From: Myxococcota bacterium
Lineage (GTDB): Bacteria > Myxococcota_A > UBA796 > CAJQPC01
Assembly: GCA_036229005.1 (NCBI GenBank)
Contig: JAZAMN010000038.1
Span: 1-16,351 of the forward strand
Reading direction: 5' to 3'
Length of the DNA stretch: 16,351 bases
A program made the position numbers and the translations under genes. The notes beneath the pieces were generated by a model. That model was not told where the DNA came from. It made no database searches and saw only the letters and a list, made by a program, of their open reading frames with translations. Below, piece by piece: positions 8,197 through 16,351 of this stretch (position 1 is the first letter of the stretch; the number at the start of each line of letters is the position of its first letter).

Positions 8197-9213
8197 ATGC
8201 TCTTCCTCCTGCTGCTCTCCTGCCGCGCCAGCGCCCCGGAACTGCCCACCGGATCGTGGATCCTGGAGGGGGAGTCCGTGTCCGGACAGCTGCGCGTGGA
8301 CGCTTCGGGGTGTCGCCTGGGCCTCTGGGGCGCCGCGTTCACCACCGGACCGCACCTGCGCGTGTGCACTGCGAGCCGCGATGACAGCGGGCTGTGGCTC
8401 TATGTCCCGATCCGCTCGGGCTCCGGCGAGGGCCAGGCCGCCCTGCTCTGGGAGGGCGAGCGCCTCACTCTCCCGCTGGGGGCGAGGGGAGGGGAGTTCG
8501 ACGTGCAGCTCGCCCTCACCCCCGGGGATCTCTCCGCCCCCCAACAGCAGGCACTCTCCGGCGCAGCCGAGGACACGCTGATTCAGTGGGAGGACGCCTG
8601 GACCCTGGGCAGCTTCCGCCTGCAGGCCGGCGACACCCTGGTCGGGGAGCTGCACTTCCAGGGCGAGGCCCCGCCGGTGGTCGGCCTCTACGACCCCTCG
8701 TGGATGACCCGCGGCCTGGTCCCCACCCAGGCGCACGTCCAGGGCCCCGAGTTCATCCTGGAGCTGCCCGTGATGCCCTCCCTGCAGGGCGAGCTCGGCG
8801 TGCTGCGCGTCAACCGCCTGCTGGGCCGCGTGGTGGTGCCCCTGGACGAGGCGCCCACCCCCTACGACCGCCAACTCCAGCTCGTCCCCGGCCAGGTCAG
8901 CGCCCCGGAGCGCGAGGCCACCGTGCAGGCCGCCCTGGACGAGAGCCTGCGCCGGGAGGCCGAGCTGCTCCAGTCGCTCCTCGCCGATGCCTACCGGTCC
9001 AACGGGCCGTGTCCGCACCCGCTGACCCCGGAGTTGGGGGCCGCATTGACCGGCTACTCCGTCACCGCCTCCCCCCTGGAACATGGCGCGTGCGAGCTGC
9101 TGGTGGAGCCGACGGAGGTGCAGCATGGGCGGCGCGTGAGCCTGCGCTTTGGCCCGGATGGCGTGCGCGCGGAGCTGCGGCGGGAGCTCGGGCTGGACTT
9201 CACCCTGGAATAG
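8197..9213 (+). CDS. Hypothetical lipoprotein with two tandem ~119-aa beta-rich repeats
   Basis: 338 aa with GC3 bias. MLFLLLLS-C lipobox-like start. Internal similarity RLTLPLG..FDVQLALTPGDLSAPQQQA vs RVVVPLD..YDRQLQLVPGQVSAPEREA. Confidence 0.8.
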   Translation: MLFLLLLSCRASAPELPTGSWILEGESVSGQLRVDASGCRLGLWGAAFTTGPHLRVCTASRDDSGLWLYVPIRSGSGEGQAALLWEGERLTLPLGARGGEFDVQLALTPGDLSAPQQQALSGAAEDTLIQWEDAWTLGSFRLQAGDTLVGELHFQGEAPPVVGLYDPSWMTRGLVPTQAHVQGPEFILELPVMPSLQGELGVLRVNRLLGRVVVPLDEAPTPYDRQLQLVPGQVSAPEREATVQAALDESLRREAELLQSLLADAYRSNGPCPHPLTPELGAALTGYSVTASPLEHGACELLVEPTEVQHGRRVSLRFGPDGVRAELRRELGLDFTLE

Positions 9214-9271
9214 GGTGCGGCGATCTGTCGCCGGCTGGCCGGGCACCACCCCCTCCGATTAGCTGGCGGCC

Positions 9272-9709
9272 ATGTACTTCGTCGCCATCCTCTTTCCGCT
9301 GCTGGTGCTCGCGCTCTACCTGACCACGGTGGCGACCATCTACGGCCTCACCGGCTGGCCCCACGCCGCCAAGGTGATGCCCGCCCCGCCGGAGCTGCGC
9401 GGTCGGGGGCGTCGCTGCTGGGTGGCGCGCCTGATGGTCACCCGCATGAACGGCCTGCTCAAGCTCGCCGTGCTGCCGGAGGGGCTCTACCTGGAGCTGC
9501 CGATCCTCTGGCGCCTGAACGCCGGCAACATCCTGGTGCCCTGGCACCGCATCGAGGGCGTGGAGACCGACGCCGGCCTCTGGGGGCCCATCGCCCGCAT
9601 CGACATCGAGAACTGGGCCAGCCTGCACGGCCCGATCTGGATCCTGGAGGACTGGGAGGCCGCGGGTCGCCCAGGACATGCGAGCGGTCAGCGCGGCGGG
9701 GAAGAGTAG
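9272..9709 (+). CDS. Small hypothetical membrane protein (N-terminal TM helix, possibly PH-like soluble domain)
   Basis: 145 aa with GC3 bias and a hydrophobic N-terminus. The EGLYL...ILVPW.RI pattern resembles bacterial PH-like domains; this is an inference. Confidence 0.75.
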   Translation: MYFVAILFPLLVLALYLTTVATIYGLTGWPHAAKVMPAPPELRGRGRRCWVARLMVTRMNGLLKLAVLPEGLYLELPILWRLNAGNILVPWHRIEGVETDAGLWGPIARIDIENWASLHGPIWILEDWEAAGRPGHASGQRGGEE

Positions 9710-9732
9710 GGGATCGGCCTGGGGGGCTGGGG

Positions 9733-9738
9733 TAGACT
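9733..9738 (+). promoter_or_regulatory. Candidate -10 box TAGACT upstream of malK
   Basis: TAnnnT in an otherwise GC-rich gap, 25 nt upstream of ATG 9764, followed by an AAGGA RBS. Confidence 0.4.
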
Positions 9739-9763
9739 CGCCGCCCCGAAAACGAAGGACCGC

Positions 9764-10804
<1,041 letters not shown>

Positions 10805-10868
10805 ACGGGCCGCACGCCTGCATGCCGGGCGCGCGTGACTGCTGCGCAGATGGCCGGTCCAAGGCCCC

Positions 10869-12992
10869 ATGCTGCTGCTCATTCCCGCCCTCGCCCTGGC
10901 CGAGCCCGCCGAGCTCTCGGTGTGGCACAGCTACCGCGGCGCCGAGCGGGAGGCCCTGGAGCAGGTGCTCGCCGACTACGACGCCGCCCACCCGGAGCTC
11001 AAGGTGGTCCCCCTGGCGGTGCCCACCGAGTCCTTCGCGTCCAAGCTGGAGGCGGCGGCCCCCCGGGGGAACGGGCCGGAGCTCTTCATCGCGGCCAGCG
11101 AGCGCATCGGGAGCTGGTCGGCTTCCGGCATCGTGGAGCCCCTGGTCATCGACGAGGCGGCCTACCATCCGGTGACCGTGGACGGCGTGCGCTGGCAGGA
11201 GCAGACCTGGGGCGTGCCCTTGGCCAGCAAGTGCCTCGCGCTCTACTACAACCGGGACCTGGTGACCTCGCCGCCGCAGACGACGGATGCGCTGCTGGAG
11301 CTGGCCGGATCCCAGCGGGGTGGGGACCGATATGGGCTGGCCTACGAGGCCGCCTCTCCCTACTTCAACGCCGCCTGGCTGCACGGCTACGGCGGGGGGC
11401 TCTTCACCGCCGGCGCGCCCACCCTGGACAGCCCCGAGAACGCCGCCGCGATGGCCTTCGTGCTGGGCATGGTCGAGGGCGACCTGCTGCCCCAGGAGCC
11501 CACCGGCGCGCTGGTGACCCAGCTCTTCAACGCCGGGCAGGCGGCCATGGTCATCAACGGGCCGTGGATGCTGGGGGAGATCGACCCCAGCGTGGACTTC
11601 GCCATCGCGCCGCTGCCGCTGGTGTCCGAGACCGGGCAGCCCGCTGCGCCCTACGTCACGGTCGAGGCCGCGTTCGTCAGTGCCTACGCCAAGCACCCGG
11701 ATGAAGCGGCAGAGTTGGCCCGTGCTCTGGGGGTGGGGGAGGCCGCCATCGCCCGCGGGGTGCAGGGCCGGCAGACCGTCGCGGAGCTGGCCGCCTGGGA
11801 GGACCCCCGCCTGTCCCAAGACCCGATCCTGGGGGCCTTCAAGGCGCAGCTCGACCGGGGCGTGCCCATGCCCCTGCGCCCGGAGATGGGGGCCACCTGG
11901 GAGCCCATGGCCAAGGCCTGGAGGCGGGTGCTGCGCGGGGCGATGCCTCCGGAGATGGCCCTGTCCGCCGCCCAGACCGAGCTGGAGATCGTGACCCGCC
12001 CGCCGCCCCCCGCGGTGGACTGGCGCCCCTACGCGGCCGTGCTGGGGCTGGGCCTGCTGGGGGTGTTCGGCTGGATCGGCCACAGCGCCTGGCAGCAGCG
12101 CCGGGAGATCGCCCTCTGGCGGCACGCCTACGCCTACGTGGCCCCCGCCGCCCTGGCGATGGGCGCCCTGGTGCTCCTGCCCTTCATCGTGGGCGCCGGC
12201 GTCTCCTTCTTCGCGCACCAGGACGGCAGCTTCACCTTCGTCGGGATCCAGCACTACCTGGACATCGTGCTGGCGCGGGACTGGGCGGTGACCAGCCCCC
12301 AGAGCTTCTGGTTCACCCTTGCGGTGACCGTGCTCTGGACCGTCGCGAACGTGGTCCTGCACGTAGGCCTGGGCGTGGGCCTGGCGATGCTCCTGCGGGA
12401 GAAGTGGGTGCGCATGCGGGGCGTGTTCCGCGTGCTGCTCATCCTGCCCTGGGCCATCCCCAACTACATCACCGCGCTGATCTGGAAGGGCATGTTCCAC
12501 CGCCAGTTCGGCGCCATCAACGGCCTGCTGGTGGCCCTGGGCGCCGAGCCCGTGAGCTGGTTCGGCAGCTTCTGGACGGCCTTCGCGGCCAACCTGACCA
12601 CCAACACCTGGCTGGGCTTCCCCTTCATGATGGTGGTGACCCTGGGCGCCCTCCAGTCCATCCCCCGGGACCTGGAGGACGCGGCCGAGGTCGACGGCGC
12701 CAGCGGCTGGCAGCGCTTCCGGCACATCACGCTCCCGCTGCTGCGGCCCGCGCTGCTGCCGGCGGTCATCCTGGGGTCCGTCTGGACCTTCAACATGTTC
12801 AACGTGATCTACCTGGTCTCCGGCGGCGAGCCCGACGGCAGCACGGAGATCCTGGTGTCCGAGGCCTACCGCTGGGCCTTCACCCGCCAGCACCAGTACG
12901 GCTACGCGTCCGCATACGCGGTGCTGATCTTTGGCGTACTGCTGCTCTACAGCCGGGCGATGAACCGCATCGCCGGCCAGAAGGTGCTCTGA
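10869..12992 (+). CDS. malF: Fused maltose/maltodextrin solute-binding protein and ABC permease (MalE-MalF fusion)
   Basis: Signal peptide; MalE-like N-terminal ~375 aa (LSVWH, ALYYNRDL, FNAGQAAMVINGPW, PMPLRPEM); Pro linker PPPP; multi-TM permease with LILPWAIP, WLGFPFMM and the EAA loop DLEDAAEVDGAS. One uninterrupted frame. Confidence 0.92.
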   Translation: MLLLIPALALAEPAELSVWHSYRGAEREALEQVLADYDAAHPELKVVPLAVPTESFASKLEAAAPRGNGPELFIAASERIGSWSASGIVEPLVIDEAAYHPVTVDGVRWQEQTWGVPLASKCLALYYNRDLVTSPPQTTDALLELAGSQRGGDRYGLAYEAASPYFNAAWLHGYGGGLFTAGAPTLDSPENAAAMAFVLGMVEGDLLPQEPTGALVTQLFNAGQAAMVINGPWMLGEIDPSVDFAIAPLPLVSETGQPAAPYVTVEAAFVSAYAKHPDEAAELARALGVGEAAIARGVQGRQTVAELAAWEDPRLSQDPILGAFKAQLDRGVPMPLRPEMGATWEPMAKAWRRVLRGAMPPEMALSAAQTELEIVTRPPPPAVDWRPYAAVLGLGLLGVFGWIGHSAWQQRREIALWRHAYAYVAPAALAMGALVLLPFIVGAGVSFFAHQDGSFTFVGIQHYLDIVLARDWAVTSPQSFWFTLAVTVLWTVANVVLHVGLGVGLAMLLREKWVRMRGVFRVLLILPWAIPNYITALIWKGMFHRQFGAINGLLVALGAEPVSWFGSFWTAFAANLTTNTWLGFPFMMVVTLGALQSIPRDLEDAAEVDGASGWQRFRHITLPLLRPALLPAVILGSVWTFNMFNVIYLVSGGEPDGSTEILVSEAYRWAFTRQHQYGYASAYAVLIFGVLLLYSRAMNRIAGQKVL

Positions 12993-13849
12993 TGGCCCAG
13001 GGTCGCGAGGTCTCCATCTGGCGCCTGGTGGGCACCCACCTGCTGCTGGTCGTGTTCACGCTGCTGACGCTCTACCCCATCCTGTGGGTGGTCGACATGG
13101 CCCTGACCCCCGGGCAGGCCTTCGCGATGGACCCCATCCCCTGGCCCTCGGATCCCAGCCTGGAGCACTTCCGGGCGGTGATCGGCACAGAGACCGCCGA
13201 CGGGCGCTGGCTCTTCGGGCGGCAGCTCCTGAACTCCCTGATCGTGGCCGGGGTGACCTCGCTGTTGGGGATCAGCCTGGCGGCGACCGCGGGCTACGCG
13301 ATGTCGCGGTGGGCCTTCCCGGGGCGGGACGTGGGCATGGCCCTCTTCCTCATCACGCAGATGTTCCCGGGCGTCGTGATGGCGGTGCCGCTCTACATCC
13401 TGCTGGACGAGCTCTCCATGCTCGACTCCATGCTGGGGCTGGCGCTGGTCTACGCGACGACCTCGGTGCCCTTCTGCACCTGGAACCTCAAGGGCTACTT
13501 CGACACCCTGCCGGTGGACCTGGAGGAGGCCGCGCTCATGGACGGCGCGTCCCGCTGGACCACCTTCTGGCGCATCCTGCTGCCCCTGTCCAAGCCCGCG
13601 CTGGTCGTGACCGGGCTGTTCTCCTTCATGACCGCGTGGAACGAGTTCATCCTTGCGGCGACCTTCCTGGGCAAGGAAGAGCGCTTCACCCTGCCGGTGG
13701 TCCTCAACGGCTACGTGGGCGACTTCGGGACCGACTGGGGAAGCTTCGCGGCCGCCGCCATCCTGGTCTCCCTGCCGGTGCTGGCCCTGTTCTTTGCGCT
13801 GCAGCGGCAGCTTGTCGAAGGGCTGACGGCGGGGTCGGTCAAGGGCTGA
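12992..13849 (+). CDS. malG: Maltose/maltodextrin ABC transporter permease MalG
   Basis: Start at the TGATG overlap with the upstream stop; 285 aa. Motifs QMFP, LKGYFDTLP, EAA loop DLEEAALMDGAS, FMTAWNEF and terminal GLTAGSVKG. Confidence 0.93.
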   Translation: MAQGREVSIWRLVGTHLLLVVFTLLTLYPILWVVDMALTPGQAFAMDPIPWPSDPSLEHFRAVIGTETADGRWLFGRQLLNSLIVAGVTSLLGISLAATAGYAMSRWAFPGRDVGMALFLITQMFPGVVMAVPLYILLDELSMLDSMLGLALVYATTSVPFCTWNLKGYFDTLPVDLEEAALMDGASRWTTFWRILLPLSKPALVVTGLFSFMTAWNEFILAATFLGKEERFTLPVVLNGYVGDFGTDWGSFAAAAILVSLPVLALFFALQRQLVEGLTAGSVKG

Positions 13850-13880
13850 CGCGCCCGCTGGGGGCGTGTATGGTTCAGGT

Positions 13881-15680
13881 ATGAAGAAGACGGTCCTGGT
13901 CCTGAGCGCTCTCGGTCTCACCTCTCTGGCCGGCCTGGCCCTCGCGCAGGAGCCTCCAGTCTCCGTCGAGGTCCTCTCAGGGCGCTGCGAGGCGGGGGAG
14001 GCGATCGCCTGCCGCGAGCTGGGGGACGCATGGCGCTTCAAGCGAGGCACGGAGCGGTGGGACACCCAGGAGGCCGCGGCCGCCTACGAGAAGGGCTGCG
14101 CCGCCGAGGACCTGGACTCCTGCGCGCGCCTGGGCCACCTGCTGCAGTACGGCATGGGGGTGGAGCAGGACCGGGCCCGCGCCCTGGAGCTCTACCAGCA
14201 GGGCTGCGAGGCCGATCGGGGCTTCGCGTGCGCCGGGCTCGGCACCCTCTACGAGCGGGGCTGGGAGGTCGAGCTGGACCTGAATCGCGCAACCGAGCTC
14301 TTCCAGCAGGCCTGCGAGATGGGCTCGGCGCGTGGCTGCGTGGCCTTGGGCGACGCCTACCGGGAGGGCCAGGGGCTGGAGGCGGACGCCAGCTACGCGC
14401 TGCTCTACTACAACCGCGCCTGTGAGGGCGGGTGGGGCGCAGCGTGCTCCCGGCTCGGGGACATGTACGAGGACGGGGACGGCGTGGACGCCGACCTGCA
14501 GCGGGCGGTGCAGAGCTACGAGCGGGGCTGCGCGCTGGGGGACGGCTGGTCGTGCACCCAGGCCGAGACCCAGGGCTTCGCGCTGTCCGAGCCCACCCCC
14601 GAGGAGGCGCTGAAGGGCCTGGAGGGGCTCTGTGATGCCCGCGCCGAGGGGGCCTGCGTCACCCTGGCCCAGGCGCTGGACGAGGGCCGCTGGGGCATCG
14701 CCGAGGACGCCCGGGGTGCGCTGGGGCTGCTCAAGGCGGAGTGCGAAGGGGGAGACTCCTTCGCCTGCGGCTACCAGGCCCGGCTGGCCTTCATGGGGCG
14801 GGGAATGGAGGCCGACAGCCGCCTGGCGGCGGACCTCTGGCAGGGCGCCTGCGACGACGGCGACGGTCAGAGCTGCACCGCCCTGGGCAACCTGATGGAG
14901 ATGGATCTGCTGCCGGGGGACGCGGTCGAGGCCTGCGACCTCTACGCCACGGCCTGCGAGTCCCGCTGGGGCGAGGGCTGCCGGGAGCTGGGGCTCTGCT
15001 TCGAGTCCGGCATGGGCCGCTCCGTGGACAAGGTCCGCGCCGCCGGGCTCTACCAGGAGGCCTGCGAGAAGGGCTCCGGGCGGGGCTGTGCCTTCGCGGG
15101 GAACATGTTCAGCTGGGGGGCCGGCGTGGACGCGGACCCGCTGGCCGCCGTGGACTGGTACCGCCGGGGCTGTGAGCTGGACCAGGACCCCAACGCCTGC
15201 CTGGCCCTGGGCCGCGCCTACGAGACGGGCATGGGCGTGGACAGCGACACCGCGCAGGCGCTGGAGCTCTACAGCGCGGTCTGCGCGCGCGGCGACATGG
15301 AGGGCTGCGTGGCCGAGGGCGTGTTCCACGCCACCGGGGCATCTGGGCAGGTCGACTACGACGTGGCCGCCGAGCGCTTCGAGCAGGCCTGCGAGGGGGA
15401 CTTCGCCGCGGGCTGCAGCTTCCTGGGGGCCCTCTACCTGGGCGGCCAGGGGGTGCGGCAGGACGACGAGTTGGGGGCCATGAACATCGCCCGCGGCTGC
15501 GAGCTGGGCCACGACGAGGGCTGCATGCACCTGGGCATGCTCTACGCCGAGGGCCGCGGCCTGGAGCGCGACAAGAAGCGCGCCTACGCCGCCCTGGAGC
15601 TGGGCTGCATCTTGGGCTCCGAGGAGGCCTGCCTGCTCAGCGAGGAGAAGTGGCGGCGCCTCAAGCGCCTGTCACGGTAG
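13881..15680 (+). CDS. Secreted Cys-rich Sel1-like repeat protein (Hcp-like)
   Basis: Start placed at ATG 13881 (signal peptide MKKTVLVLSALGLTSLAGLALA). About 16 Cx7C pairs within ~36-aa repeats of the type C..G...AC..LG..Y..G.GV..D...A...Y...C. Confidence 0.9.
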   Translation: MKKTVLVLSALGLTSLAGLALAQEPPVSVEVLSGRCEAGEAIACRELGDAWRFKRGTERWDTQEAAAAYEKGCAAEDLDSCARLGHLLQYGMGVEQDRARALELYQQGCEADRGFACAGLGTLYERGWEVELDLNRATELFQQACEMGSARGCVALGDAYREGQGLEADASYALLYYNRACEGGWGAACSRLGDMYEDGDGVDADLQRAVQSYERGCALGDGWSCTQAETQGFALSEPTPEEALKGLEGLCDARAEGACVTLAQALDEGRWGIAEDARGALGLLKAECEGGDSFACGYQARLAFMGRGMEADSRLAADLWQGACDDGDGQSCTALGNLMEMDLLPGDAVEACDLYATACESRWGEGCRELGLCFESGMGRSVDKVRAAGLYQEACEKGSGRGCAFAGNMFSWGAGVDADPLAAVDWYRRGCELDQDPNACLALGRAYETGMGVDSDTAQALELYSAVCARGDMEGCVAEGVFHATGASGQVDYDVAAERFEQACEGDFAAGCSFLGALYLGGQGVRQDDELGAMNIARGCELGHDEGCMHLGMLYAEGRGLERDKKRAYAALELGCILGSEEACLLSEEKWRRLKRLSR

Positions 15681-15776
15681 TGCCCCGCACCCGCTGCATC
15701 GATACATAGTGGGAAACTACGTTTCAACCGACTTGGGCTGGTTGGGCTGCGCATGCCACTCTCGGAGGCTTGAAAC

Positions 15777-16214
15777 ATGGGGAGGCGGAACCTAAGGCCC
15801 AGGAACTCCTGCCGAACCTGTGGCTACAGCTGGCAGCCGAGGGGGCACGACGTTTCGCTCAGGTGCCCCAACTGTAGGTCGACCAGTGTTCAGTCCCACC
15901 CGTTCGAGGCGCCGGCTGGTCCTGCGGGTGGTTTCTTGATTCTGGTTGCGGTCGCCCTTTGTGGGAACTGCTTGTCTGAGGACGAGGACGGCAAAGAGCG
16001 CCGAACGAGGCCCGCCGCGAGGTCAGAGGTAGGTAGAATGGTCGAGGTGAAGAGGTCGTGTGATGTGTGGGGGTTTGCGGCGGATGGGCAGCCGATCGTT
16101 CTACGTAGTGTTGCCGCGGGGACCAGCTTCTCAGTCATCGGTGCAGGGCCTCAGGCGATCAAGGTGGAGGATCCCCTTGGAGATGCCTGGGTCTCCAGGG
16201 CCTGCACTGACTAG
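15777..16214 (+). CDS. Hypothetical protein: N-terminal Zn ribbon, hydrophobic segment, C-terminal SH3b-like domain
   Basis: GGAGG RBS at 15764-15768. CRTC...CPNC motif, hydrophobic GGFLILVAVALCG, and a C-terminal V..GT.F.VIG....IKV......AWV pattern. Codon usage is atypical for this window. Confidence 0.65.
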   Translation: MGRRNLRPRNSCRTCGYSWQPRGHDVSLRCPNCRSTSVQSHPFEAPAGPAGGFLILVAVALCGNCLSEDEDGKERRTRPAARSEVGRMVEVKRSCDVWGFAADGQPIVLRSVAAGTSFSVIGAGPQAIKVEDPLGDAWVSRACTD

Positions 16215-16351
16215 TAGCTGTTCACAGGGAAAGTGACCGACCTCAATCGGCTCGAATGATGGGACATGGAGGAAGCTCGCTCAGATCTGGGTAGTGCCTG
16301 GCGAACTTCTCGCGAGCCATCTCGACGTTGAACATCCAGCGAACGGTGGCG
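16212..16351 (-). mobile_element. End of a probable IS630-family insertion sequence (truncated by the window)
   Basis: Transposase-like C-terminus followed by a short terminal segment ending at CTAG (16211-16214). A TA inside CTAG is the known IS630 target. The other end is not visible. Confidence 0.65.
16243..16351 (-). CDS. C-terminal fragment of an IS630-family transposase
   Basis: Manual translation of 16350-16243 gives ATVRWMFNVEMAREKFARHYPDLSELPPCPIIRAD*. This matches the W.F....AR.K..R.YP tail I recall from a subgroup of IS630 transposases. Confidence 0.7.
   Translation of the reverse strand, partial: ATVRWMFNVEMAREKFARHYPDLSELPPCPIIRAD

Noticed and set aside
4745..9763. Kinase module as a recent mobile element or defence island
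   Set aside because: No integrase, transposase, terminal repeats or compositional shift is visible at its borders.
13881..15680. Beta-lactamase call for the Hcp-like protein
   Set aside because: Only the Sel1/Cys repeat pattern is visible; nothing in the sequence supports a catalytic assignment.

Overview
High-GC bacterial window, most likely Myxococcota given a MYXO-CTERM-like sorting tail and a MalE-MalF fusion. The core is an alpha-glucan (starch/glycogen/maltodextrin) utilisation locus: a secreted GH15 glucoamylase-like enzyme, a GH13 alpha-amylase lipoprotein, malK, a malE-malF fusion and malG. The locus is split by a three-gene module: a large minus-strand Ser/Thr kinase-STAND (nSTAND1-like) ATPase-transmembrane-pentapeptide-repeat protein, a head-to-head lipoprotein starting 19 bp away that has an internal domain duplication, and a small membrane protein. 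Downstream are a Cys-rich Sel1-repeat protein, a lower-GC Zn-ribbon/TM/SH3-like ORF, and the end of an IS630-family element sitting on that ORF's stop codon. The first ~740 bp hold the probable start of a truncated minus-strand gene, an interrupted palindrome, a hairpin-dense region with a perfect 39-bp direct repeat, and heptamer tandem arrays. All calls come from reading motifs by eye; no searches were run.
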